From an uncultured Collinsella sp. (GTDB taxonomy: Bacteria; Actinomycetota; Coriobacteriia; Coriobacteriales; Coriobacteriaceae), in contig CALJDJ010000104.1 of assembly GCA_938023705.1 (NCBI GenBank), positions 4,297 to 68,296 on the forward strand: 64,000 nucleotides of DNA, read 5' to 3'. Shown here one piece after another: positions 45,438 through 54,855 of this stretch (the stretch's first letter is position 1; the number at the start of each line of letters is the position of its first letter). Below the pieces are notes generated by a model. It ran no database searches. It was not told the DNA's origin and saw only the letters and a list, made by a program, of their open reading frames with translations. The translations under genes and the position numbers were made by a program.

Positions 45438-45611
45438 ATGGACGCAGTTTTTTCCTTTTTGTTTGGCACCCGCACCGGTTTTGCCATCCTTTTCGCCGGC
45501 GGCATCCTGCTGTTTGCGATTATTGCCTTTGTAATGGAGAAGCGCACCCATAAGATGTATGTCGACCGCGGCCCCAAGTCCGAGGACGAAGAAGACAGCT
45601 TCTGGGACTAA
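45438..45611 (+). CDS. Small (57 aa) single-pass membrane protein, below the ORF-track size cutoff
   Basis: Hand translation: MDAVFSFLFGTRTGFAILFAGGILLFAIIAFVMEKRTHKMYVDRGPKSEDEEDSFWD. GAAGG lies 6 nt upstream. One hydrophobic helix, then a charged tail. A strong terminator follows. Confidence 0.45.
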   Translation: MDAVFSFLFGTRTGFAILFAGGILLFAIIAFVMEKRTHKMYVDRGPKSEDEEDSFWD

Positions 45612-45663
45612 CCTGCCAAAAAGGGACAGGTTTATTTTGGTCGGTTTTATCTGGGCAAACGCA

Positions 45664-45702
45664 AGTGCCCCGCAACTGGAATTGAGCCAGTTGCGGGGCA
45701 CT
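45664..45702. terminator. Bidirectional hairpin terminator between the small ORF (+) and proC (-)
   Basis: AGTGCCCCGCAACTGG-AATTGAG-CCAGTTGCGGGGCACT followed by TTTT on the plus strand. Confidence 0.8.
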
Positions 45703-45769
45703 TTTCGCTAAAAGGACAAAACCGCAGGAAAAACCTGCCAACATAAACCTGTCCCGTTTTTGGTCGGTT

Positions 45770-46540
45770 TTACTGGAGGGTTGCGTCGATTGCCTTGACC
45801 AGGGCGCTGCGCATGCCGGCGTCCTCGAGCGCAACGACGCCCTTGATGGTGGCACCACCGGGCGAGCATACGGCATCCTTCATCGCCGCAGGATGCTGGC
45901 CAGTTGCAAGCTGCAGCTTTGCCGTACCCAGCACCATCTGGCTCACAATGCGATAAGCATCCGCACGCGGGATACCGTGCTTGACCGCCGCATCGCCCAG
46001 GGCCTCGATTGCCATGGCGACAAACGCCGGAGCGCAACCACCCACCGTGCCGCCCACAAACAGCAGGCTTGTGTCGAGCTCGACGACAGCGCCAAGCTTA
46101 CCGAGCAGGTCGAGCACCACAGCACGCTGCTCGTCGTTAAGCGTCGAAGCCTTCTCGCAGGCGATGACGCCCTCGCCCACCGAAACCGGCGTGTTGGGCA
46201 CCGTCGAGATATGCGCGACGCCCGGCAGGACCTGCTCCCACTTGGCACTGTCCCAGGTCCAGGCAACCGACAGAACGACCTTTTTGGCAAAAGCATCCTT
46301 GAGCGGGGCGAATACCTTCTCGATCATGTACGGTTTGACCGCAGCGACCACGATATCGGATGCGGCGACAACCTCGGCGGCATCGTGGCAGGCGACCATG
46401 CCGCGCGCCTCGCAGCGCTCAACCAGTGCGTCGTAGCGACCCGCGCAGGCGCACATGTCGCTCGCAGCTACACCGGCAGCGATCCAGCCATCGGCCATAG
46501 CGCTCGCCATATTGCCAAAACCGACAAATCCAATCTTCAT
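45770..46540 (-). CDS. proC: Pyrroline-5-carboxylate reductase
   Basis: MKIGFVGFGNMASAM (Rossmann fold), plus the C-terminal P5CR motif (KDAVCSPGGATIKG). Confidence 0.92.
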   Translation of the reverse strand: MKIGFVGFGNMASAMADGWIAAGVAASDMCACAGRYDALVERCEARGMVACHDAAEVVAASDIVVAAVKPYMIEKVFAPLKDAFAKKVVLSVAWTWDSAKWEQVLPGVAHISTVPNTPVSVGEGVIACEKASTLNDEQRAVVLDLLGKLGAVVELDTSLLFVGGTVGGCAPAFVAMAIEALGDAAVKHGIPRADAYRIVSQMVLGTAKLQLATGQHPAAMKDAVCSPGGATIKGVVALEDAGMRSALVKAIDATLQ

Positions 46541-46613
46541 ATCGCATAGTCCTTTCAGACACATTCCTCAAAACGAAAGGTATTGTCCCACGCCATTGTT
46601 TCGTATTGCCGAC

Positions 46614-47084
46614 CTATTTGTGATACGGCTCGCCACGACTGATCTTACAGGCACGGTAAATCTGCTCTAGCAGCACCACACGCGCCAGGTTATGCGGCAA
46701 GGTAATGCGTCCAAAGCTGAGCATCTCGTCGGCTCGTGCGCGCACGTCATCGCTCACGCCGTCCGAACCGCCGATTACAAAGGCAATGTCGCTGCCGCCT
46801 CGCAGCATAAGATCGTCGAGCCTCGCCGAAAACTCCTCGCTCGAGCGCTCCTTGCCCTCGATAGCCAGCAGGATCACATGCGCTCGAGATGGCAAGGCGG
46901 CAAGAATCGCCGCCCCCTCCTTGTCGCGCGCGGCATCCACGCCGCCCGCCTTAGCCGGGTCGATATCGGCCACCTCGCGGATATCCACCTTGGCATAGGC
47001 ACCTAGGCGCTTGGTGTACTCAGCGCACGCGTCCTTCCAAAAGCGCTCCTTGAGCTTACCGACGCAAACGACGGTGTATTTCAC
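46614..47084 (-). CDS. rlmH: 23S rRNA (pseudouridine1915-N3)-methyltransferase RlmH
   Basis: 156 aa SPOUT/RlmH pattern (VGKLKE...Y.KRL, FVIGGSDG, LSFGRITLPH, EQIYRA). Confidence 0.9.
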   Translation of the reverse strand: MKYTVVCVGKLKERFWKDACAEYTKRLGAYAKVDIREVADIDPAKAGGVDAARDKEGAAILAALPSRAHVILLAIEGKERSSEEFSARLDDLMLRGGSDIAFVIGGSDGVSDDVRARADEMLSFGRITLPHNLARVVLLEQIYRACKISRGEPYHK

Positions 47085-47090
47085 GCGCGT

Positions 47091-48029
47091 CTACTCCTTC
47101 GAATCGTTTTGAACTTTGCCGGCGGCCAGCATCTGCTCGAACATCGAGGCCGACTGCGAAAAGTCGCTCGGCAGCACGACCGTCGAGGTTTTACCCGTGC
47201 GAGCGAACTCCGTCATCATCTCGGACCACTGCGTAAACATGAACAGTTGGTTGGCCTCGTCATTGCCGACACCCGTCTCCTGGATGATCTCGAGCGAATC
47301 TTTGATACCCAGCGCGATGGCCTTGCGCTGGTTGGCGATGCCCTCGCCCGCCTTTTCCATAGCCTCGGCCTCGGCGGTCGCCTCGGTGACGCGCTTGATG
47401 CGGTCGGCCTCGGCGAGCTCCTGCGCGGCAGCGCGCTTGCGCTGGGCAGCGTTGATGTCGTTCATGGAGTTCTCAACCTCGGTCGGCAGTGCGATTTTGG
47501 TGATGAGCGTCGACACGAGGGTGAAGCCGTAGGCGGCCATCTGCTCGGAAACGGTAGCGTTGACATCCTTGGCGATGTCATCCTTCTTGGCAAAGACCTC
47601 ATCGAGTGTGTAGACGGGGATGGAGGAGCGCAGGGCGTCGGTGATGAAGTCGCGCATCTGGTCGACGGGCTCCTGCAGCATATAGTAGCTCTTGTAGATG
47701 CCCGAATCTGCCGGGCCGGCGCCCATGTCATAGCTCACGTGGTACTGAGCGGAGACCTCAAGGCCAATGGTCACGTTGTCCTGGGTCTTAACGTCGATGC
47801 CAAAACCATTTTTCATGGTGCGCAGACTCACCGTGGCGGCCTTGCGGTCAATCACGGGCACCTTCACGTGGAAGCCCGCGTTGACGATACGATTGAACTT
47901 ACCCAAGCGCTCGATGATCACAGCGTGCTGCTGCTCAACGACGTAGCAGGCGTTGGGGAGCAGCAACAACAGGATGATGATGGGAATCAAAAGGCTGGTA
48001 AGGGCGGCGATGATACCGGAAAACAGCAT
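47091..48029 (-). CDS. SPFH/Band-7 (stomatin/prohibitin-like) membrane protein
   Basis: N-terminal TM then an SPFH domain (VVEQQHAVIIERLGKFNRIVNAGFHVKVPVIDR). ATG preceded by GAGGAGAG. Confidence 0.88.
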   Translation of the reverse strand: MLFSGIIAALTSLLIPIIILLLLLPNACYVVEQQHAVIIERLGKFNRIVNAGFHVKVPVIDRKAATVSLRTMKNGFGIDVKTQDNVTIGLEVSAQYHVSYDMGAGPADSGIYKSYYMLQEPVDQMRDFITDALRSSIPVYTLDEVFAKKDDIAKDVNATVSEQMAAYGFTLVSTLITKIALPTEVENSMNDINAAQRKRAAAQELAEADRIKRVTEATAEAEAMEKAGEGIANQRKAIALGIKDSLEIIQETGVGNDEANQLFMFTQWSEMMTEFARTGKTSTVVLPSDFSQSASMFEQMLAAGKVQNDSKE

Positions 48030-48128
48030 GGTCTCTCCTCTGATAGGCACACGTTGGCATTAGGATACCCGTCCAAGGAGATCGTGCATAACAAAAAAGC
48101 TCCCATTGCTGGGAGCTCTTTCAATCAA

Positions 48129-48215
48129 TGGTGCGGGCGAAAGGACTTGAACCTTCATGGGGTTGCCCCCATACGGACCTGAACCGTACGCGTCTGCCAA
48201 TTCCGCCACGCCCGC
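48129..48215 (-). tRNA. tRNA-Leu (anticodon CAG), CCA encoded
   Basis: Manual cloverleaf: acceptor GCGGGCG/CGCCCGC, anticodon stem-loop TACGG-TTCAGGT-CCGTA, long variable arm. Confidence 0.92.
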
Positions 48216-48258
48216 GTGCAGGAATTAGAATAACGGAGCGCCACCGCGAACGCAAGAA

Positions 48259-49176
48259 CTATTTTTGAAAAAGTTTGCAGGCATTTTCCCAAGCGGCATG
48301 CGCGATTGTTTCGGCGTCCTCACCAGTGCGATCGACACGGTCGTTAACCAGCGCGTTTGCCGTAATGGAGATCATTGCGGGCTCGCATTCAAGACCGCGG
48401 ATGGGCTCTGGAGCCATATACGGGCAATCCGTCTCGAACAAAATTCGATCGAGTGGGGTTGCCGCAAATGCCTCGCGCACGTCGTCGTTGCGCTTAAAGG
48501 TGGCCGCACCACCATAGGCGATATAGCAGCCCAGCTCCACAAAGCGCTCCATCGTGGCGCGGTCCTCGCCAAAGCAGTGCAGCACGCAACCGACCTGGGG
48601 CACGCCCACCTCACGAAGCACGTTGTACGCATCCATATGCGAGGTGCGCTCCCCATCCGAGTCCTCGTGCCGCAGGTGCAACTCCACCGGCACATTGCAG
48701 CGCATGGCGACTTCGAGCTGACGTGCCATGCAATCAATCTGCACGCTGTGGGGCGCCGGCGTGATGTCGTCGTCGTAATCCATGTGGTAGTCCAGACCGA
48801 TTTCGCCAATACCGGCGCACAAAGGGTCATCAAGCGCAGCAACAACCTGTGCGTGAATGTCGTCGGTATAGTCCGGCGCGCCATACGGATGCACGCCGGC
48901 AAGATACTTGATCTGCGGGATATCCTGCATCGGCAGAATCTCGCGCGTCAGCCAGTCGCTATAGTCCGTCACGCTGCGCTTATCGGCAATGGGATCGAAG
49001 ACCGTCACCAACAGGTCGATGCCTGCCGCCTTGGCACGCACGAGTGTCTCGGGCACATCCTTGCCCCAGAACGAAAGCAGATGCGCATGTGTGTCGGCAA
49101 GCGGTGCCAAGGGCACGGGACAAGCAACCGTCTTCTTTTTTTTGGTAAACGTCACGCGTTCGGCATTAAGCGTCAT
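48259..49176 (-). CDS. TatD-family metal-dependent hydrolase
   Basis: LADTHAHL, GEIGLDYH, ELHLRHEDS, VLHCF, ETDCPYMAP. The ATG at 49176 overlaps the rsmA stop by 11 nt. Confidence 0.88.
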   Translation of the reverse strand: MTLNAERVTFTKKKKTVACPVPLAPLADTHAHLLSFWGKDVPETLVRAKAAGIDLLVTVFDPIADKRSVTDYSDWLTREILPMQDIPQIKYLAGVHPYGAPDYTDDIHAQVVAALDDPLCAGIGEIGLDYHMDYDDDITPAPHSVQIDCMARQLEVAMRCNVPVELHLRHEDSDGERTSHMDAYNVLREVGVPQVGCVLHCFGEDRATMERFVELGCYIAYGGAATFKRNDDVREAFAATPLDRILFETDCPYMAPEPIRGLECEPAMISITANALVNDRVDRTGEDAETIAHAAWENACKLFQK

Positions 49177-50026
49177 GGGAAAGCTCCCGGGCCAGACGGA
49201 CAAAGTCGGCAACATCGAGCGTCTCGGCGCGCGTGGTGGGTGCGATACCGCAAGCCTCAAAGGCGGCATCGAGCACGTCCTTGGCAAAGCCGTTGGCGCT
49301 CATGGAATTGCGGATGGTCTTGCGACGCTGAGCAAATGCAGCATCAATCACGCGGGCCACAAATTCGCGATCGAGTCCTTCGGGCACCACACCGTCAACA
49401 CGGTCGATACGCACGACGGCCGAGTCCACGTGTGGCGCCGGCATAAAGCAACGCGGCGGCACCTCAAAGCGACCCGTTACCTGCGCATACAGGCCAAGCT
49501 TTGCCGTATAGCCGCCATAGGTCTTGTTGCCCGGCACTGCGGCAATGCGATCGGCAACCTCCTTTTGCACCATGACGACGGCGCGCTTGAGCGCCGGCAT
49601 CGTCTGGAAAAATTGCAAAATGATCGTCGCCGCCACGTTATAGGGCAAGTTCGCGACAAATACCGTCGGCTCACCGCCCGCAGCCTGCTCAATCTGCTCC
49701 GGGCCCACCTTAAGCGCGTCGCCCATGATAAAGCGGAAGTTGGCATAGTCGGCGGCGTGGGCGTCGAGCACCGGCTCAAGCTCGGGATCGGCCTCAATGG
49801 ACGTAACGCACGCCGCTTCCTGCAGCAACGCAAGTGTCAACGTACCGCAACCCGGACCCACCTCGAGTACGCGCTCGTCACCTGCAAGCTCGGCAAGCTC
49901 GCAGATACGCTCGATCACATGATTGTCGATTAGAAAGTTCTGGCCCAGGCGATGCTTGGTCGCAAGGCCAAACTCCTCCAGCAGCTCCCTTGTTGCCGTG
50001 GGGTTTGCCAAAGGCGAAGTTGTCAT
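49166..50026 (-). CDS. rsmA: 16S rRNA (adenine1518/1519-N6)-dimethyltransferase
   Basis: KHRLGQNFL, VLEVGPGCGTLT, VANLPYNVA. Confidence 0.94.
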   Translation of the reverse strand: MTTSPLANPTATRELLEEFGLATKHRLGQNFLIDNHVIERICELAELAGDERVLEVGPGCGTLTLALLQEAACVTSIEADPELEPVLDAHAADYANFRFIMGDALKVGPEQIEQAAGGEPTVFVANLPYNVAATIILQFFQTMPALKRAVVMVQKEVADRIAAVPGNKTYGGYTAKLGLYAQVTGRFEVPPRCFMPAPHVDSAVVRIDRVDGVVPEGLDREFVARVIDAAFAQRRKTIRNSMSANGFAKDVLDAAFEACGIAPTTRAETLDVADFVRLARELSHDA

Positions 50027-50056
50027 AGTTGCCTCCTTAGCATGATGGCGGCGTCT

Positions 50057-50094
50057 TGAAACGAAAGGGCATGGACCGTTGCGGCCATGCCCTT
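50057..50094 (-). terminator. Rho-independent terminator downstream of metG
   Basis: Minus strand: AAGGGCATGG-CCGCAACGGT-CCATGCCCTT followed by TCGTTTC. Confidence 0.7.
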
Positions 50095-50136
50095 ACAGCT
50101 AAACAGCAAATTGCCGATATGGCGCTCGCGCGGTCT

Positions 50137-51738
50137 CTACGCCAGACGCGGGAACAGCGGATCGCCCTTCTCGACGGGCTGACCACCAGCAAGCAGGCCC
50201 CAAGTGCAAATGCCCTTGAGGTCGTCGCTCGCGGCCTCGCCCTCACAGGACAGGCGGCGCAGAGCCTCGGCAGAAGTCTGGGGCATGAGCGGCATCAGCA
50301 GGTGGGCGGCGATGCGGATGGCCTCGAGCAGGTTGTAGATCACAAATGCCAGCTCGTCAGCCTTGGCCTCGTCCTTGGCAAGCGCCCAGGGCTCGGAGTC
50401 CTCGATGTAGTGGTTGGCGGCGTGAATGAGCTCCATGACCTCATCCTTGGCTCCGCCGTAATCGAGCACGTCCATCTTGGCCATGTAGCGGTCGACCAGG
50501 CCATCGGCAATCTTTGCCAGCGGGTTATCGAACGCGTCGGCAGACGCCGGTTTAGCCGGGGCGCAGCCGTCAAAGTACTTTGCGCTCATGTTGAGCGAGC
50601 GCGAAATGAGGTTGCCCCAGCTGTTGGCCAGATCGGCGTTGTAGACCTGCTCCATGCGATCGAAACTGATGGCGCCGTCGGTGCCGGGGACCACGTCGGT
50701 CATAAAGTAATAGCGGTAGCCCTCGACGCCCAGCATGTCGATAACATCCTGCGGAGCGATGGCGTTGCCGCGGCTCTTGGACATCTTCTCGGCCTTGCCG
50801 GTCTCGGCATTGCGCACGGTCAGGAAGCCGTGGGCAAAGACGTGCTCGGGCAGGGCCTCGCCGATGGCCATGAGCATGGCGGGCCAAATGACGCAGTGGA
50901 AGCGAATGATGTCCTTACCCACAATATGGAACTGCGCGGGCCAGCGATAGGCCAGCTCGGCACGGGCCTCGTCGGTGTCGACACCGTAGCCGACGGCAGT
51001 CATATAGTTGAGCAGCGCATCGAACCACACGTAGGTCACGTGACCCTCGTCAAACGGGACCTGGATGCCCCAGTCAAAGCTCGTACGGCTCACGGAAAGG
51101 TCGTTAAGGCCGCCCTCGACAAAGCTACGTACCTCGTTCATGCGGAACGCAGGCTCGACAAAGTCGGGGTGCTCGTCATAGAGCTTGAGAAGCTTGTCCT
51201 GGAAGGCGGAAAGCTTAAAGAAGTAGGACTCCTCCTGCACGCGCTCAAGCGGACGGTGGCAGTCGGGGCATAGATGCTGGCCGACGCTGCCGTACTCCTC
51301 GTCGCCCTTCTGGACCTGCGTATCGGTGAAGTAGGTCTCGTCAGGCACGCAATACCAACCGTCGTAGCTGCCCTTATACAGGTAACCGGACTCCTTCATG
51401 CGCTCCCACAGATACTGCACGGCATGATGCTGGCGCGGCTCGGTGGTGCGGATGAAGTCGTCGTTGGAAATCTCGAGCTTGCTCCAAAGCTCCTTGAAGT
51501 GCGGGGCCTGGCTATCGGTCCACTCCTGCGGCGTCATGCCATGCTTGGCTGCGGCCTCGGCGACCTTCTCGCCGTGCTCGTCCATGCCGGTCAGGAACTT
51601 GACGTTATAGCCGGCGGAGCGGCGATAGCGAGCCTGAACGTCGGCGATGATGGTGGAATAAGCCGTGCCCAGGTGCGGATCGGCGTTGACGTAGTAGATG
51701 GGCGTCGTGATAAAGAACGAAGGCTTGCTTTGATCCAT
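50137..51738 (-). CDS. metG: Methionine--tRNA ligase (short form)
   Basis: TTPIYYVNADPHLGTAYS (HIGH-type), KMSKSRGN (KMSKS), zinc knuckle CPDCHRPL. Confidence 0.96.
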   Translation of the reverse strand: MDQSKPSFFITTPIYYVNADPHLGTAYSTIIADVQARYRRSAGYNVKFLTGMDEHGEKVAEAAAKHGMTPQEWTDSQAPHFKELWSKLEISNDDFIRTTEPRQHHAVQYLWERMKESGYLYKGSYDGWYCVPDETYFTDTQVQKGDEEYGSVGQHLCPDCHRPLERVQEESYFFKLSAFQDKLLKLYDEHPDFVEPAFRMNEVRSFVEGGLNDLSVSRTSFDWGIQVPFDEGHVTYVWFDALLNYMTAVGYGVDTDEARAELAYRWPAQFHIVGKDIIRFHCVIWPAMLMAIGEALPEHVFAHGFLTVRNAETGKAEKMSKSRGNAIAPQDVIDMLGVEGYRYYFMTDVVPGTDGAISFDRMEQVYNADLANSWGNLISRSLNMSAKYFDGCAPAKPASADAFDNPLAKIADGLVDRYMAKMDVLDYGGAKDEVMELIHAANHYIEDSEPWALAKDEAKADELAFVIYNLLEAIRIAAHLLMPLMPQTSAEALRRLSCEGEAASDDLKGICTWGLLAGGQPVEKGDPLFPRLA

Positions 51739-51807
51739 GGGGTTTGTCCTCCAGAAAAACGTTGCATACAGGGGATGATTCTAGCGCAAGGGCTGGATAT
51801 CCTCCAT

Positions 51808-52686
51808 CTATTGCATATCGAGCACCATGGCATAGACATCGCGCTTGCGGCGCGAATACTTCTGAGACAGGCGCTTGGCCACCGCAGAGGCGGGCTCCCC
51901 CTCCTCGAGCGCGGTGCGGATATCCTCGCGCAGGGCCTCGTCGGGATCCGCTACCGCAGCGCCAACCGGCGCGATGCCGGCCTCCTCGTCCTCGCTCGGC
52001 GGCGCGATGACCAGCGCAATCTCGCCCTTTACCTCGCCGCGAGCACGCAGCTCCTCGGCAAGCTGGTCAGCGGGCCCGCGCAAGACCTCCTCGTGCAGCT
52101 TGGTGAGTTCGCGGCAGACGGCAACCTCACGCTGGGGAAAGACCTCCGCCACGGCCTCGAGCGTCGCCACGATACGATGTGGAGACTCGTAGAAGATGAG
52201 TGCGCCAGGCACCACGGCAAGGCGCTGCAAACGGCGCACACGGTCGCCGTGCTTTCGGCCCAAAAAGCCCTCGAAGAAAAAATGCTCGCAGGGAATGCCG
52301 GACGAAACGAGCGCCGTGACGCAAGCAGAGGGCCCGGGAATAACTTCGACGGGCACATCGGCCTCACGCGCCGCCTCGACCAGCGCCTGGCCGGGATCGG
52401 ACACGCTCGGCATGCCGGCGTCCGAGGCAAAGGCGAGGGTCTCCCCCGCCAGCAGACGGTCGACCAGGCCGGCAGCGCGGCTAGCGATCACATTCTCATC
52501 GCAACGGACAAGCGGCTTGGAAATGCCCAGGTGCATCAGCAGCTTTGACGTCACACGCGTGTCTTCGCAGCAAATGACATCGGCAGCGGCAAAAGCCTCG
52601 CCAACGCGCGGGGACAGGTCGCCTAGGTTGCCGATGGGCGTGCCGACCACATAGAGTTTGCCCGTATGGGCGCTGTTTTGCGTCAT
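51808..52686 (-). CDS. rsmI: 16S rRNA (cytidine1402-2'-O)-methyltransferase
   Basis: LYVVGTPIGNLGDLSPR, CEDTRVTSKLL, ASDAGMPSVSDPG, YESPHR. Confidence 0.93.
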   Translation of the reverse strand: MTQNSAHTGKLYVVGTPIGNLGDLSPRVGEAFAAADVICCEDTRVTSKLLMHLGISKPLVRCDENVIASRAAGLVDRLLAGETLAFASDAGMPSVSDPGQALVEAAREADVPVEVIPGPSACVTALVSSGIPCEHFFFEGFLGRKHGDRVRRLQRLAVVPGALIFYESPHRIVATLEAVAEVFPQREVAVCRELTKLHEEVLRGPADQLAEELRARGEVKGEIALVIAPPSEDEEAGIAPVGAAVADPDEALREDIRTALEEGEPASAVAKRLSQKYSRRKRDVYAMVLDMQ

Positions 52687-52692
52687 ATCAAC

Positions 52693-53754
52693 CTATTCAA
52701 TCATGCCGCGCTCGAGCGTACCGAGCGCCGCGCGGGCGTCCCATGCTGCAATGCGCTTCTCGGTCTTCCACGTTTGGAAGAACCAACCGGCAGCCGGCGC
52801 AAACGAAGCCAGCTGGTTGGCGATAAACACGCGCTCGTAGGCATTGCGGCCCTCGGGCGTAACCGACGAGTTGGCAAAGATCGCCGCACCCGACCATTCG
52901 CCCACCAGCACGGGGAACCCAGTCGAAATCGCCTCTTTGAGCTCGCGCTTGTTGCGCGAAATCGCCGTCGTCAGCCCGCGGGGGCTCGTGATGTCGAGCG
53001 CATATTCGTCACGGTAATGGTACAGGTGAAGGTCCATGTAGACGTTCTTGTACTTGGCGCCGCGCATAAAATGCTTCCACTCGCTGGGATGCCCCGACGA
53101 CGAGAAGACGACGATCTTATCCTCGGGCATATACGAACGGACGAGCTCGTAGGCATCGCGATAGAAATTGCGCAGGTAGTGGGCCGGAATGCCATCCGTT
53201 ATGGTGAAGAGGCTCTTGCGAACGCTCATCTGCGGCGTGTCCAGCAGCTCAATGCCCAGCAGGCTCTCGGCCTCGCCATAGCGATCGGCCAAGCGCTCGA
53301 GCACGTCGAGTGCGACGTGACGGCCGTTGGTGGACGAATGCCACTCGGCGACAGCCTCCGGCGTGGTGGGCGAATCGTTGGAATCGCCCTGGCCACCGGG
53401 CACGGTTGCCAGATCGAGCAGCACGCGGATGTCGTACTTGGCAGCCCACTCAATTGCACGGTCAATGTAGTCGACAACCGAGATGTAGGACGCATCGGAC
53501 TCCTGCGAACCAAAGGCATACCAGGGCACCGGTAGACGCACGGCATTGAGACCGATCTGCGCCATGCGACGAAAATCGTCCTCGCTCACAAACGTCTCGT
53601 AATGGCGGCGCATGCGCTCGTTATAGGCGGCGGTACCCATGGCCTCCTGTAGCTCGGCCGCATTGGATGCACCGGTCGCCGCGTACAGCGACGGGGTCAC
53701 CCAAGGCTCGGGAATAAACCAGCCAGAGAGATTAACGCCGAGTATCCTCTCCAT
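52693..53754 (-). CDS. GH5-family glycoside hydrolase (exo-beta-1,3-glucanase-like), no signal peptide
   Basis: GVNLSGWFIPEPW, LNAVRLPVPWY, LLDLATVPGGQ, VGEWSG. Start at MERILG; the upstream part of the ORF-track frame looks non-coding. Confidence 0.8.
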   Translation of the reverse strand: MERILGVNLSGWFIPEPWVTPSLYAATGASNAAELQEAMGTAAYNERMRRHYETFVSEDDFRRMAQIGLNAVRLPVPWYAFGSQESDASYISVVDYIDRAIEWAAKYDIRVLLDLATVPGGQGDSNDSPTTPEAVAEWHSSTNGRHVALDVLERLADRYGEAESLLGIELLDTPQMSVRKSLFTITDGIPAHYLRNFYRDAYELVRSYMPEDKIVVFSSSGHPSEWKHFMRGAKYKNVYMDLHLYHYRDEYALDITSPRGLTTAISRNKRELKEAISTGFPVLVGEWSGAAIFANSSVTPEGRNAYERVFIANQLASFAPAAGWFFQTWKTEKRIAAWDARAALGTLERGMIE

Positions 53755-54050
53755 CACTGCCCCCTTCGGATCATGCAGGTCGAACCCGCATCGTATTGCA
53801 TAGGATAAGTATCGTTTTGAGTATACCCGCGTGTGCGGACAGGCGACCGAACGGTCTGCAAAGTGACGCGAAAGTGGGAGGAATGTCTGGGGCGGGCGGG
53901 CTCGGAATGGTGCGACGAGGTGTGTACGCGCGCCAAAGGCAGGCACCGGAAAGCATGTCCCGTTCTATCGCTCAATAATGGGGCGCATTTTCCGCAGAAC
54001 CCTACATAAAAGAAAAGGACCCCTTTGCAGAGGTCCTAGTCAATTCAAGG

Positions 54051-54123
<73 letters not shown>

Positions 54124-54246
54124 ATTTGAGGTGTGCCTTGTTTCAAGGCTTGATTAGTATAACCAAGGACGCGTTCCGGTCAACCGAGAATTTTAAAAAA
54201 GTTTTTGAGCACAGCCTCGGTTCTATAAATCGGCACGTCAGAGGCA

Positions 54247-54534
54247 TCAGCCGGCAGCAAGAAGTTTTTCGCTCAGAGCCGCACGGGCAAACTCACTTGG
54301 CGTCATCCCCTCGGCAGCCGCCCGTCGACGAATGGCCTCCTTCATTCCCAGAGGAATCTTGACCGACAGCGTTGCCGTCCCCTCACCTGAGAGTGGGGGC
54401 CGTCCATGCACGATCCCACCAACGGTGTGTTCGCCATCCGGAAACTCTCCGCGCTCGTACGACTCGCACCACGCGTCAATCATTTCATCCGTTACAACCT
54501 GACCATTAGCGGCCGTATACGTCTTGCCCATCAT
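54247..54534 (-). CDS. Ribbon-helix-helix (CopG-like) protein, putative antitoxin
   Basis: C-terminal RHH pattern (TLSVKIPLGMKEAIRRRAAAEGMTPSEFARAALSEKL). Its start overlaps the upstream small ORF by 4 nt. Confidence 0.6.
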   Translation of the reverse strand: MMGKTYTAANGQVVTDEMIDAWCESYERGEFPDGEHTVGGIVHGRPPLSGEGTATLSVKIPLGMKEAIRRRAAAEGMTPSEFARAALSEKLLAAG

Positions 54535-54797
54535 CGACCCCTTTGCCGAGCCTGTTCAATCTCCTGCCAAAATTTCTTCTGGACTGGAGACAAGGCATGA
54601 ATGATAAGCCACCCACGGACAAGCTCGACCGCGACAAGCTCCACGCTTCGTCCGTCTGGGAGCCATCCAATCGCAAGCCATCTCGGCGGCTCGTCCTTCG
54701 ACTCGCGACGAATGCACTCAGTAACCGCAAGCCAAGCGCTAAGCACCTGCTTTTCCGTCAGGTGCTTTTTAGCGTTGGGATGGATCTCAACATCCAT
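54531..54797 (-). CDS. Small protein (88 aa), putative toxin partner of the RHH protein; family uncertain (BrnT/DUF497-like pattern?)
   Basis: MDVEIHPNAKKHLTEKQVLSAW...GRSVELVAVELVRGWLIIHALSPVQKKFWQEI. Toxin-first order and a 4-nt overlap with the RHH gene. Confidence 0.45.
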   Translation of the reverse strand: MDVEIHPNAKKHLTEKQVLSAWLAVTECIRRESKDEPPRWLAIGWLPDGRSVELVAVELVRGWLIIHALSPVQKKFWQEIEQARQRGR

Positions 54798-54855
54798 GCA
54801 TCTTCTCCTCCATCTTACCCAATTTCGTATGACGAAAGTCCGCTGTCGCCAATTC

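Noticed and set aside
53755-53946. N-terminal 64-codon extension of the GH5 ORF as given in the ORF track.
   Set aside because: The extension is Arg/Pro/His-rich and has no signal-peptide character. The GH5 homology begins at MERILGVNLSGW, so the shorter gene is preferred.
54124-54246. Possible att site or regulatory RNA between tRNA-Phe and the toxin-antitoxin-like pair.
   Set aside because: I saw no repeat of the tRNA-Phe 3' end, no strong secondary structure and no conserved motif. Treated as an ordinary spacer.
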